Source: Dipteris shenzhenensis
Taxonomy: Eukaryota
Assembly (NCBI GenBank): GCA_047967505.1
Contig: CM106538.1
DNA: 64,000 nt
Strand: one strand, 5' to 3'
In this document: one piece after another, positions 1 to 12,839 of the stretch
Position numbering within the stretch: the stretch's first letter is position 1
Layout of the letters: each line of letters begins with the position of its first letter
Notes under the pieces: generated by a model
Database searches by the model: none
Told to the model about the DNA's origin: nothing
The model's input: the letters and a program-made list of their open reading frames with translations, nothing else
Position numbers and translations under genes: made by a program

Positions 1-960
1 ACTATTTGCTACTCATCCTCCTTTCAATTCGTCTTGCTCCCTTTCACTGTTCTCCTTTTGATTCCTCTCATGTTGCTCTTGATTTCGCTCCTGCACTTGC
101 TACAGCTTCTTCCTTGCAACTTTTCTTCTTTTGCATCCTCTTGCTTCTTCCATGAGCACACGAGCAGCAAATCTTTGAACAACACTAGTTTTCAATCTTC
201 AATTCAGCTTGCCTCTTTCCTAGGCATCTCTTGATCTTCACAGCAGAGACTCAATGATGGTAGTAGCTGCTTGCTTGCTGATGTGTCACCTCTTCTTTCA
301 CAACAACCATCTTTGTAGCAATAGAAGCTCCTTCTTCTGAAACAACATCCTCCAAGTACATCTTCTATACACAGCAATGTCCTTTGCAGCCAAAAATCCA
401 CATCAGTCTTCTTTTCTCATAGTAGAAAACTTCAATTCAAGCCTGCCTCTTTCATGGGCTACTTCAAATCTAGCAAAGGCATAATCTCACACAAAACTCT
501 CCCTAATGATAGAGTGTTGCCATTATTTTTCTCTATACAAAAGACATGAAAGAAAACACACTAATCTGCCTAAGCTTGTGGACTACCAGCTCTGATACCA
601 TGTTAAGAAACTGAATGAGACCGCCACTAAGCCTAGGGCTACATGAGATCAGTGTAACAATCATGGAGGATTAAACCATACAAGAAAATCCATAATGGAG
701 AGACAACAACGTAGGCAACACTCAACAATGTATTCTAATGCTTGATAAACAATACAATGATAGACCTCTTATATAGAGAGTCTCAAGGCATAAGCCTACT
801 GTGTGGCATCCTCTGATCCACATCCAACTTGTGGTGACCAATGTCCCACATCCATTCATGTAGTCCACATCCTCTTGTGTGGCTACCATAATTCCCACAA
901 ACATACCCCTCTAGGGTACCAACACAATATCCCATCAATTGGACATTGCACATTTCAACA
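1..960 (-). mobile_element. 5' end of an LTR retrotransposon (5' LTR 601-960, PBS 589-600, degenerate internal/gag-like region running off the window)
   Basis: GCTCTGATACCA at 589-600 is the reverse complement of the tRNA-iMet PBS TGGTATCAGAGC and abuts TGTT at 601. The LTR ends ...TTTCAACA at 960, and a TATA-like TATATAAG lies on the - strand near 769-776. Confidence 0.8.
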
Positions 961-1440
961 TTGCATATGTACGTCTTTGCACATATAGGTAGCATCAATC
1001 GATTTTACCTAGGGCTCAGAAGTGATGACTAAGTTCTAGCTGCCCTATGAAAATCCCAACCAAAAAAAAAAAGTATATAGTTAGTCCCTACCTAGCTACT
1101 AGGCCACGTGCACTCACACAATTTCACTTATACACATAGATGATTGCATGAATAATTGTACCACACACTTTCATTCCACACTCTCAAAGCATGTATGAAA
1201 ATAAGATCTCTCTCTCTCTCACACACACATGGAAAGGTCATACCGGCATACCAATCAATTTAATAATCAATGGTACACTACATGCACATGGATGCAGGTT
1301 CAAAAAAGATGCCGCCACTAAAGAGGATGTGAAGAAAGAGCCCATTGCCTCAACCACGAGACCTCCTCCAGAGTTCATAGCCATCTACATCCTCTCAACC
1401 ACGAAGACCACAAGCATTCATGGTCCAAAGCGATAGCTCC
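961..1440 (+). mobile_element. Fragment of the 3' internal region of the Athila/Tat-like gypsy family
   Basis: Visible nucleotide similarity to 46600-47300 (TATAGTTAGTCCCTACCTA, TTTCATTCCA-ACTCTCAAAGCATG, CAAC-CGAGACC...AGCCATCTAC). Confidence 0.7.
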
Positions 1441-1639
1441 AAAGAAGATTCAGTGCATGACCAAGCAGAACAAATGCCACCCCAGTCACAATCGGCCTAC
1501 ATAGCCATTGACAAGGCCCAATCACTAGAACTTGTCTAGCCACCCACATCGACTTATGCTCTTTGCCAAGAAGCAACATCTTACTTAGAGCAATGGGGTC
1601 TAGGCAGTGGAATGGATTTAGGGTTAGGGTTAAACCCTA

Positions 1640-2130
1640 AACTCTTCCTGGGCCATAACTTTCCATGGTTGACTTGGATCGCTCTTCTGTAAAAAGGTGA
1701 AATGTTCAAAATTGCGAGATCTACACATTGGTATCTATTAGCAGATAGCTTGATTTCTTCTTCAAGTAGATTATTTTTAAGAAAAAAATTATTAAGGTAG
1801 TAAGCCAAGGTTGATACTTTTCGCTAGAGTTGGGAAAAAAACACTCTCCTAGCTCCTGAGTAATATGTTTGTGATAGTTTGTGGTAGTTTGTTCTTTACA
1901 CATACTTGTGCATGTTTACTCATTACTTGAGATGCTAGTCTCCCCGATAGCAGCACAAAATGTTGGCTCTTTCCCACGGCTTTCGCTAGAAGAGCAAGGT
2001 ATTCTCAGTATGTAGGGTTTTGAGGCTTTTTGTCACCTACAAATACATCGGTGTTGTCATTTGTAGAGATTAGGACCTTGGGTCATATTTGGATGAGAGA
2101 CATTTGTAGTACAATTGTAGATTAGGACTA
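1640..2130 (-). mobile_element. Athila/Tat-like gypsy: 3' end of 5' LTR (1961-~2130), tRNA-Asp-type PBS (1941-1960) and leader
   Basis: Reverse complement matches ~30410-30900 (GAAAGAGCCAACA | TTTTGTGCTGCTATCGGGGA GACTAGCATCTCAAG). Confidence 0.8.
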
Positions 2131-4208
2131 GGAAGATCCCCCCAAGGCCTGTGTAGGCATCTTACCACACAAGTCAACATGCACCAACTCTAGAGGAGCG
2201 TTTGCTCTATTCTTGCTTTCTTGTGGGAATGCCTTCCTCTATTGCTTGCCCATCATGCAAGCTTCATATGGTTCTTTGATTTTTGCTACTGCAGGTAAGT
2301 GAGCAACCATACCTTGCTTCTACATCTCCTTTAGCACTACAAATCCGATGTGGCTGAATCTTTCGTGCCAAAGTCTGCTTATGCCCACTCTAGCGATGGC
2401 TGTAAGAGCACTTAGCTCATAAAGGTTGTTCCTCCTTACTCTTGTGCCAATAAGATTGCCTGCACTATCTAGAATTTTTGCTCCTATCTTGTTGAACCTC
2501 ATCTCATGGTCAAGGTCAGTCATGGAAGTAACTGATAGTAGATTTCTCTTGATTTGTGGAACATACAGCACATTAGATAGTTTCTTAACATCTCCAAACA
2601 AATGAAACCGTACCTATACCCTCAATAGGGCATTTTACGTTATTTCCAACCATCACAGTGATGGGTTCCTGTAGAGGCTGCATGGAACAAACAATATAGA
2701 CCCTTCTTGCAGGTCATGTGATGGGATGCACCACTATCCAACACCCATGAATCAGTTGTTGATGCTTCTTGAATTGAGGAACACTCTTCTCAATGAGGCC
2801 ACAAATAGATCTAACTCTGCTTCCCTGTGTTAGCTGTCTCTTTCCCCTTATTTGTCTTCTTAAGGGTACCATTTTTTTCATCTACTTTCTTGACCTGCTG
2901 GCAATCTGCAATCACATGGCCCTTCTTCTTGCAGTAGAAGCATTCTCCCTGAAACTTCTTCTGCTGCCCTTCTTCTTTTTGTCACCACTAGTAGAGGATT
3001 CACCTTTGGTGGAGGAACCACCTTTGCCTTTCGCAATGGTAGAGAATGCAGCATCCCCATTGCCGCCTCCATCTCGAGCTTTAAGCCTCAATTCCTCCTT
3101 CATAAGTAAAGCACAGAACTCCTTAAATGACAATGGTTGGGGTGTCACCTGAGTGTTAAGCATTTTTATCAGTCCATCAAACCTTGGTGGACATATCCGG
3201 AGACACCGCCGAGTTAGCTCTTTGCTAGTTTTTTGTATTCGAGCACCAGCCATCTGGTCATGTAGATTTTTTATTCGGGTTATGAACACCTCTACTGTCT
3301 CTCCTTCATTAAACTTCTCAGTGCTACAAGCTGATTCTCTAGGTTCTGGATCCTTATCTAATTCCATGTCTCATACTAACTCTTCAATATGTTCTAGGCC
3401 ACAGTTGCCTTAGATGTATGCTGAATCAAGGTCAAAAACACTATCAGTAGTACTTGTAACTAGGGCACATAGAGCATCTACATTCTTACATTTCCAAGCT
3501 CGTAGAAGGTTGGCATTAGGAGGTATCATACTCCTCGGATTTGTTGGGTCGGGGGTTCCTTGTGGTCCCCTGTATTGTCTCCAGAAGCTCATATGAATCT
3601 AGAATACCAGTAATTTTAAACTTCCACAAAGTGTAGTTCATACCATCTAGCTTGCCTTCAGTGAAGGCTGGTGAGCGAATCCTCAACGCTTGGATTGTTG
3701 GTGTAGCTGATGCAGCTATAGCTACTGAACTTGAGCCGCTTCCTGTTGCCATCACTCCATATGCTATTGAAGCCCTCGCCTCTCTTCTACTCTTCGATCC
3801 TTAGAGCTGCCTGGGCTCTGATACCATGTTAAATTACACGGTGCAGCAGAACAAAAATTGAACAAAGAATAGAGAGTACAAAGAAAACTGAAGACGAACA
3901 AAATTTTCCTTCGATACTAATGTAATACAGATGATGGCTCCATCCACCCATGCGCTCCCATAGTGGAGCATAGATGGCGATCTAGATAGATACTAGGTGA
4001 AGAGCTACTAGCTAGAAGGTCTAATTTGGTCTGAATCGATCTGATACAATGGACTGGGGAAGTCGCCTCTTTATAGCTATGAGGGCGATAGTCGGATCAA
4101 CATAGTCGATGGAACCGACCAGTCAACCTAGTTGGTGAAGTTGACCAGTCAACCTAGTCGGTGGAACCGACTAGTGGTCCATGGAATATTCAGGGAATAT
4201 TTCCTATA
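2130..4208 (-). mobile_element. Truncated Ty1/copia element: LTR (~3827-4208), PBS 3815-3826, gag, protease, GAG-pre-integrase and start of integrase (degenerate)
   Basis: PBS GCTCTGATACCA; gag KLDGMNYTLWKFKI (ORF 3516-3755); protease WVLDSGASHHMT at ~2712-2747; LSNVLYVPQIKRNLLSV and LWHERFSHIG (ORF 2320-2601); PLELVHVDLCG at ~2165-2200. Multiple stops and frameshifts. Confidence 0.9.
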
Positions 4209-4222
4209 CCGTCACCTCGAGG

Positions 4223-5774
4223 GATGGTGATTTGCAAGAAGAGGTCTATATGGAGCAGCCACCAGGTTATGTTCATGTTGTTCATCCTGAGTTTGTTTGC
4301 AGGTTGAAGAAAGCCTTGTATGGCTTGAAGCAAGAACCCAGAGCATGGTCTGACAAGATAGGACAGTATCTTGTCATTATTGGCTTTGAGATTTCCACGG
4401 TAGATTTCTCACTTTATGTGAGAAAAACAAAGAAAGGCATTATGCTACTTGTCATTTATGTTAATGATTTGATCATCACAGGTGATAGTGATGAAGATAT
4501 CCTTCATGTGAAAATGCTATTGAAGCAGAAGTTTGAGATGAAGGATTTGGGAGAGCTACATTATTTCTTGTGCATTGAGTTGATTAGATCCGCAAGTGGG
4601 ATATGGCTCTTACAGAGGCGATATGGATTGGACATGATGTCCAAATATGGGATGATAAGTTGTAACCCTATTTCAGTTCCTTTGGAGCAGAATATGAAGG
4701 TGAGTGCAGATGTAGGTGAGCTTCTGGAAGACCCTACTATGTACAGATTCATAGTAGGAAGTTTGATTTATATGACTATTACCAGGCCAGATTTGAGCTA
4801 TGCTGTTGGGTTGGTAAGTCAGTTTATGCAGGCTCCAAGGAAACTGCATTTGGATGCGGCTAGATGCATATTGAGGTATGTGAAGTCCACATTGCAGTAT
4901 GGACTATTTTATGAGACTGGGGTTCAGATACAATTGCATGGATACACTGATGCTGATTGGAGCTAGTAGTATTTTTGATAGAAGATCTACCATTGGATAT
5001 GTGTTTTCTTTTGGGAGTGCTGCAGTCACTTGGAGTAGCAAGAAATAGCCTACAGTTGCCTTTGTCGAGCATAGACACTGAGTACAGGGGTGTAGCAATG
5101 GTTGCATGTGAGGCAGCTTGGTTGCATAAGCTACTTTATGATATGCATCAGTCTACAGATGGGACAATTGTCATTTATTATGATAACGTGAGCAGTATAC
5201 ACTTGGCAAATAACCCAGTCTATCATGCTAGAACAAAGCACATTGAGGTGCATTATCACTATGTGTGGGAGAAGGTTCTAGTAGGTTTTATTGATCTAGT
5301 TTATGTCAGCATGGAGGATCAGGTAGCTGACATATTCACGAAGGCATTGGGTGCAGAGAAGCTACATAGGTTCAGAGACCTACTTGGTGTGTAGGAATTG
5401 GATTGAGCTGAGGGGGAGTGTTGAGATATCAAGCTCCACTCGTGATATGCCTGGGTGACCGTTGTGCATTTATGTCACCGACTTGTTAGGTGCAGATGCA
5501 GTTGGTACACCACCCATGAATAATAGCTAGTGACAGCTATCTTTATGTACTCTAGTTAGTGGCTTAGTTAGTATGCCACCTAGGTTAGCTGAGTTTGGTT
5601 TGAGACCCACATATAGGGTTCACCTATTCCTTTTGTACTAAGAGAGATTCTTTTGGCTTTTACAACTAAGAAGAGGAAAGCTGTTTTCAGCATCCACCTT
5701 TGTGTGTATTCCCCCATTGTGTATGTGAGAAAGCTACAAGTGAGACTCCTTACTTCTCTCCCACTCTCTTCATA
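4223..5774 (+). mobile_element. 3' half of a Ty1/copia element: RT, RNase H, PPT and 3' LTR (5419-5774)
   Basis: GDLQEEVYMEQP, LYGLKQ, YVNDL, TRPDLSYAV, HARTKHIEVHYH and VADIFTKAL motifs; PPT AGGGGGAG 5411-5418. The LTR matches LTRs 20593-20945 and 23976-24329. Confidence 0.93.
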
Positions 5775-6319
5775 GGAGGAGGAGGAGGGAGGAGGAGAGT
5801 GAGTAGAAGGGGAGAAGAAAGGAGGATTTGGGACGAGGAGAGGGAGAGGAGGGGTTGCAAGGTTAGAGAATAGGGGAGGAGGAGTTGCAAGGTTAGGACA
5901 TGCTTTTGGACATGGAGTGCAAGGAAGCATGGACACTTGGAGACAATTGCTTGGAATACCAAAGTAGAACTCAACACAATGCCCCATAGAGTGTGGGCTT
6001 CATTCCATTATTGGGTATTTATACAAGCTAGAGAGCTTCTCTCTTTGTATGTAGGAATTGTAAGACATTCTCTCTCTACATATAGAACTTGCATCTAGAA
6101 GTTGCATGTAGGAGTTGCAAGTTACATGTAGGAGTTGCATGTAGAACATGCATGTAGGATTTGCATGTAGGAATCACATGTAGAACTTGCATGTAGAACA
6201 TACATTTTGGATTCCTAAGAGAGATTATTCCTAGCCTTATGTAAGTACAAGCAAAGCTTTGCTGCTACTCTACACACACATTCTGTGCTACCTAAGTCCA
6301 TGCTGGCACAGAGACAACA
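5775..6319 (-). mobile_element. 5' part of Athila/Tat-like LTR (same family as 47381-48745)
   Basis: Reverse complement begins TGTTGTCTCTGTGCCA as at 47381 and contains the TACATGCAACTCC minisatellite and the CTC-rich tract. Confidence 0.88.
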
Positions 6320-9202
6320 CTTCTATTTCAACTTCAACCACTATTTGCTTGACCTCTACAGTAGTTTCTTTCGAGCTCATAGGTGTGACTATCATAGTTG
6401 TTAGATTGATTCCACCCCCGAACTCCCACCAGGGGGGCCGCTGGCCCCCCTGGGACCCCCAACCTAGCCTCTAGGTCCCAATAAGAATAAGGAACTCCCA
6501 TATAATCACCTTTCTACCATCAACGGTCTCGTTGATAGACCTCATCTGACATGTAAGTCAGGATCCATCTAGTGTCCTGGGCTCACACATGGCTTCTCCT
6601 CATATGGGGGCCTTACAACTTGAGCACCTTGGACCACTGGTGGATACCAAGAGGGTGGTGCATTGACCATATCTAAGAAGTGAGCACATCTTGCTCTAGA
6701 CCACCCTATGGGGATGATGAAATAATGGGGATGGTAGGAGGGTCCTCTAGAATAGGATTTAGTGTCTAACCATGAAGACAAACGATCAACAAATGAGATT
6801 TTTCTAAGAAACTTAGAATAAGGGAAGATGAAGGCCCTTCTCAAGAACCGGTGACCACAACCTCAGAGTCTTCCATTCTGGAGCTAGTTTCAATTGTTAT
6901 GCTTGGTCATCCTGCTTCCTTTGCTGCTTATTTCTCCACTCTAGTAGCTAAACCACTTGGTGCACAAATAATCAATAGTTACAGAGCTATTCCCTCAAGC
7001 CTGTGAGTTCTTGGCAATCCCACGGCTTTAGACTTCAATCATATCATATCATACACAAGACCTATAGGCCAGGCTTGCAATGAGCTTGGTGTGCCACACA
7101 CACCCTGTTCAGCTACTTATCAAAGGTTTTGGTGAAGATGTCGAGCTAGTTGATTTGAGCTTTTCTTCATAGGCCACTAGTGCCTGGTCCATGAGCTTCT
7201 AGGGAATGTAACTTAGGCTCTTCTTCAACCCAATGTACTCTATCAAAAACCTATAAGATGGTTGGGCATCATCATTATTGGCCTTGCTATGAAGTATCCA
7301 TGTACTAGTGGAATGTATGGTCCTTGATATAGTGGATTGTCATTGCCTATTGCTCCTTATTTGAGTACCTTATTGGCATTATAGCCATCCTAAATATTTT
7401 TTCATAGAGCCATTTGCTGAGGTGGATTCTCCTTGCCAGCATGCTAATGCTATGTGTGTCCACACTTATAGGACTTCAAAGCATCTTGTGTGACCTTGGG
7501 GCTCCACATATTTGCCCATGGCAAGTTTGCCATATCCATAAGCTTCTTCCTCTTTAATATTTTTACTGTGGTCATAGGCTGCTTGATTGTGTAGGGCCCT
7601 TGTGGCTACCCCCACTCAAAAATTCTTTGCAGCTTGCTCACCTCTATTAGATGTGGATGAGGACATGGCTAGAGCAAAAATGGAAAAAACAAGGCAGGGA
7701 TTATGGGATAATTGAGCTTGCTAAGGGAGCTGTGACGGAAGCTGTAGGCATGGAGATGAAGAATGAGTGAGACAAAGGTGACACAGTGTGTGACATTATT
7801 TTTTATCTTATAACTCCTAAGCTCTTTTGTTTTTTGTTGATTTTTGAGCCTTTTAGGCAATTGAATAGCATATAACTATCTGTTTGAAATTTGACTCTAT
7901 TGGATTTATTTTTTCCTCAGGCACTACTTTCAATCCTTTTGTGCTACAAAGCTTTCTTGAATTCCTTGAAGTCAAGTTGATATCCCTTATATTGCATCAC
8001 CTCAATTTTGGTTTCAAACACTTGCATTAGGATTTCTATTATAGGAGGTTCAATCCCTTGGATTCCACCTTCCTACTCATCTTGAGCTACTACTTTCTCC
8101 TCTTCTGACTACTACGATTAGCTTTCTTTTTTATGCTATTGATCGATGCTTTTGTTACCTCATTTTTTAGTAAAAATGACATCCACTGATGTTTGTGACA
8201 AAATGACATAATGTTAAAATTTATGCTAATATTAGCATCGATATTAGTACAAATTTTGAAAGAAAGCATCAATCTTACTAATGATATTAGTGTCACTAAA
8301 GCTTTTGCAAAAATACACCATGTTAAAAAAAGCATTGATAATCAAATTTGAATAATTAATTGATAGTGTGGAGCTTCACCATACACCTTGCAATAATGAA
8401 ATTAAATTCAAATGATTTCCCAGCCAAAAGTATATTGTATCAATGTTTTCCTCCATCCTTCAATCAATCAAAGCCTCAGTGGAATCTTCATTGTGAGATT
8501 GATGCTCATCCTCCCAATCATCCATGTCCTAGCCTTGCACATCTCCATCATGTAGATTGAGGTCTTCAAAATCATTGTCTAAGAAACCCTCTAAGAAAAA
8601 CAAACTATCTTCATGTTCCAAAACTCTTGTAGAAGGGGTATTGGATGTACTAGCTTCTAACCCATCTATTTCTTGATCTTCCATCTTATTCTCTACTTCC
8701 ACATCTTCAAAGACATGTCAGTTTTTAGGTGTAACTTGAATCACAAACAACCATTGGTTCTCCACATGATTGGGTTGAAATACCACCTAAGACAAAAATC
8801 CATGATATGTTCATGCAAGCTTTAATGAAGTTGAAGTGCAAAGGGTCATTGTTTGCTTGGGTGTAGCCAATTGTGGAACTATTTTTTGGGCCATTTTGGG
8901 GCCATGATGTGAAGCACTCTTGGGTGAGATTTTGAATTTGGGGCAGACCCATGCTCTCATCATAATTTTTCTCGACATCATGATGTGACACTGGCATAAT
9001 AATGAGACACAATCTATCATTCTGAACACCATAGATCTCAACACACATCTCTGTCCTACTTCACACAACATAGCCTCTAGCCTACTTTGCACAGCATAGT
9101 CTGACCACTTGTCATCACGCAACCTTTTCCTGTAGCTTTGCCACTTGTCATCGGGTTGCACATGGATGCAGATCATGAAAATTTAAGGTTGTCTAGGAGC
9201 AA

Positions 9203-9866
9203 CCACCGCGTTGGTTCTTGGACTTATGGAGTTACCTATTTTTACTTATTAACCATGAACAAAGGGAAGGACACATGGTAGCTTGAGCCACGTGTCCTCC
9301 TTGGAAGGTTGAATAAACAAATAATGGCAAACAGAAGGCAACCACCGTGCTAGTTCTTGGAGTTATATATATATTAGTGCACCAAGGAAAATGTATCTCC
9401 TTGTGTAAGCAAAGAAACCCCTTTAGGGCAAGGGCCATATCAACATGCATTTTACAATATCCAAGATGCCATTAGACAAACATGGTGACCACCGCGTTGG
9501 TTCTTGGAGTTATGGAGTTACCTATTTTTACTTATTAACCATGAACAAAGGGAAGGACACATGGTAGCTTGAGCCACGTGTCCTCCTTGGAAGGTTGAAT
9601 AAACAAATAACGGCAAACAAAAGGCAACCATCGTGCTGGTTCTTGGAGTTATATATATATTAGTGCACCAAGGAAAATGTATCTCCTTGTGCAAGTACAG
9701 AAAATTCAATTGTCGATATGGCCCTTAAGGGGTCCCCTTTAGGGGTTAGAGCCATATCAACATGCCATGTTTGTCTAATGGCATCTTGGATATTGTAAAA
9801 TGCATGTTGATATGGCCCTTGTCCCTAAAGGGGACCCCTAAAGGGCCATATTGTCAATTGCAATTT
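9203..9866. repeat. Compound direct repeat (~286 bp offset) plus inverted duplication
   Basis: 9203-9415 repeats at ~9489-9700 (duplicate ORFs 9232-9450 and 9518-9709). 9766-9866 is the reverse complement of both 9420-9485 and 9702-9764. Confidence 0.9.
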
Positions 9867-10224
9867 CTAAAAGTTTAATTGTATTTTTCTAGAGTATCTC
9901 CATGCAACCACCACATTGGTTATTGGAGCTATTTTAGCGCTATTTTGGTCCTAAACCAAGGAAAATGCAATCCTACTTTACTAATATTTTAGTCCTTATT
10001 TGCAATAAATCCTAAATGAGAGTAAAAGTATTACGAGCCACCACAGTGACTCGAGGCTCGGTCACGCCATCCAGATAATCATTCAAGCCAAAATTTGAGC
10101 CACCGCGATGCCTGGAGGCATAGTAGTGCCATCCAAATAATCAACTATAATTCATGGCGAGTAAAACTTGATCAAAAGAGATTACATTTACATCCAATAA
10201 CAGTATCTATAAAAATTAGTAACA

Positions 10225-10525
10225 ATTTGTACTGAGAGCCTCATGGAACAAAAGAGATCAAATTTATTAAAACTCAGCAATTGCTGAGAGCCTTAGAGGA
10301 CAAAAGGTTACATCTAGCGAGGATAACCACTCAGCCATTGTTTAGTGGTTTATATAAAAATTAACATTAGTTTATACTAAGAGCCTCATGGATCTAAAAT
10401 TGAATAAAAGAGATTACATTTATAACAACACAGCAATTTTTGAGAGCCTTAGAGGCCAAAAGATTACATCCAACAAGCCAAAAGATTGCTGAGAGCCTTA
10501 GAGGCCAAAAGATTACATCTAGCCA
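10225..10525. repeat. Degenerate short repeats (GAGAGCCTTAGAGGCCAAAAGATTACATC-like)
   Basis: Motif recurs near 10233, 10284, 10379, 10441 and 10490. Confidence 0.7.
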
Positions 10526-11394
10526 TTGTTGAGTGGTTATGAGTCTCGTTGAGCAAGAGGATATTTGTACAACTCAATATTTTCAATTAGTGAAAGCAAA
10601 AGTATATTTGTACAACTCAATATTGCCGATTGTTGATACTCACAGAGACCATCCCAACTTGCTGCATTCGAAATTTTTAGGAGCCAATGGAGGAGACAAT
10701 GGAGAGGCCAAAGACCTTACACATTGCACAGACTGAGAATATGCCCCCTTGTACAATGAGAGAAATTTGCTCTAAAAACCCTTATCCCTTCATCAACATC
10801 TCCAGGGAATCCATAGAGCAAAGCCATATAGAGGCCAAAGGTGTGCATGCCATCCAAGCTAGTGATATCCAGATCTAGGGGGAATTGATCCAGGGAATGA
10901 AGAGATTGCATAAGAGCGAGCATTTCAATTCCTAATGAGTGCAACATAATGACATTATACAAGAAGGCAGACAATATTGGGATCACATTGCATTGAGGGG
11001 TGATAGTGGTAAGAGGCATGGTGATAAAAAGAGTGGGTGAGCATTGGAGTGGATGAGCCCCAGAGTTGATGAGTGGATGAGAGTTGGAGGAGGGAGTATG
11101 AAGCAAAGTAGAGTATGAAGCAAAGTAGAGCAGGGGTGGAAGAGAGATGGAGGAGGGTACATGGAGCAAAGTAGTAGAGCAGGCCAGATGAGAACAAACT
11201 AGCTAAATGCCACAGACATTATATTAATCAAAGTTTTGGCCATCGCGATGACTGGAGGTCTGGAGGGAAAGAGATATGTGTGATGCTAGAATAATCATGA
11301 TCCATCTTAAACTACCACCTTAATTAATCAAAATCCAAGGAGGATGCCACCCCATGTTCCCATCCAAGTAATCATGAGCCATTTTAATTTTAGG

Positions 11395-11830
11395 CCACCA
11401 TGGCAAGAGTGGTAATTAACTGCTAGCCCCGTGGAATCTTAGGTGCCACCACCTTGATAGAATCTTAGCTGCCACCACCTCGGTGGAATCTTAGCCACCA
11501 CCACTTATGGCAGTGGAAATTAATTACCTGCCATTGACGTGGCTTGTAATCATGAAGAAGACGCCATTGACATGGTAATTAGCTAGTAATTAATTGTACT
11601 TTACTGAGCGTTCAAGCCCGATGACTGATAATTTACTACACTCTACTAATCTTGTAAGCCCGGTGGTTGTAGCTGGTAGGTGAGTAATTGCACGCCAATG
11701 TGGTGGCTAGTAATTAACTACCAGCTCGATGGAATCTTAGCCGCCACCACAAATTTGGCTAGTAATCATGAAGGCAGACACCACCACTACTGGAATGTGG
11801 TAGTAATTACCACAAATGTAAATCATGTAG
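11395..11830. repeat. Degenerate minisatellite (GTGGAATCTTAG-GCCACCAC / AGTAATTAAC motifs)
   Basis: GAATCTTAG...CCACCAC at ~11434, 11460, 11486 and 11732; repeated GTAATTA. Confidence 0.65.
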
Positions 11831-12349
11831 CCTAATCACCTCTAATCACTCATTACCATGCAAGGTAGTACTGTTGCCTTGAATTAATCAAAATTTAGAC
11901 CAACCATCACGATGGCTCTCACCTTGATAGTTCCATTCTCTTAAATGTTTCGCCTTATATCCATCTCTCCCATTTCTTTCTCCCGTGCAGTCGAGCTACA
12001 AACATAAACCTTCACTATTCCATTTCCTTCAGTGTTTCATCTTTAATCCCTCTCGATCGTTTCTTTCTCTATTGCACTCAGATTGCAAACTTAAGCCTCC
12101 ACTCTTCCATTTCCTTCAGTGTTCATCTTATATTCCTTTCGACATTTCTCCCTTGCACTCTTCCTGCAACTACTATCCCCTCTCATAATGGATCCCCCTA
12201 GACACACCAAGCTCCAAAATATGTTTGCATAGTTTGAAAGCTCTTCACATAATCTTTCCTCCCTCTTTGCATAGTTCGGGAGCTCCTCACACAATCTTTT
12301 CTTCCCCTCTGCAACATAGTAGATGAATGGCATACAATTCATTCATTTA

Positions 12350-12640
12350 GGATTTATGAATGTGTGGATTAGTTATCGGATTTACTAAAACAAGTGCGAT
12401 GGTTGTTTGGGATATACTAAAAACAAGTGCGGGATTTATCATTTGGGATTTACAAAAACAAATGTGGTGGTTATTTGGGATTTTCTTTTATTGGGATTTT
12501 ACAGTTATGGGATTTATTAAAACAAGTGCGGTAAGATATACTTTAAAAAAGCATGGGATTTATTATTTGGGATTTGTAAAAATAATTATAAAAACAAGCG
12601 TGGTGATGGTTGTTTGGGATTTACTAAAAGAAGTGCAGTC
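12350..12640. repeat. Minisatellite array (GGGATTTAC/ATACTAAAAACAAG...GGTTGTTT), copy 1
   Basis: Repeated TGGGAT(T/A)TAC(T)AAAA units; the same array with the same start recurs at 14050-14465. Confidence 0.85.
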
Positions 12641-12839
12641 TCATATACATTTTCCATTTTTCAAGATAAGTGGAATACTGTTTTCTTGCAATGAGACTAT
12701 ATTTTCTTAGTACTATCTTAGTCGTCCTTGTCGACTACTCAAGACACCCCATGGTGTGCTCATGCGTGTCCAAGTCTAATTTGAAGACACTCTTGTTGTG
12801 GCACAGATTGCATTTGGAACTTAATTTCTCTTACTAGAT

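Noticed and set aside
1617-1642. TTAGGG/CCCTAA head-to-head repeats (also 27770-27788) as a telomere fusion
   Set aside because: Only 2-3 units, inside retroelement sequence; consistent with common telo-box motifs.
8725-9176. Possible hAT dimerisation-domain remnant
   Set aside because: No convincing SSxxCERxWS-type motif recovered in any frame.
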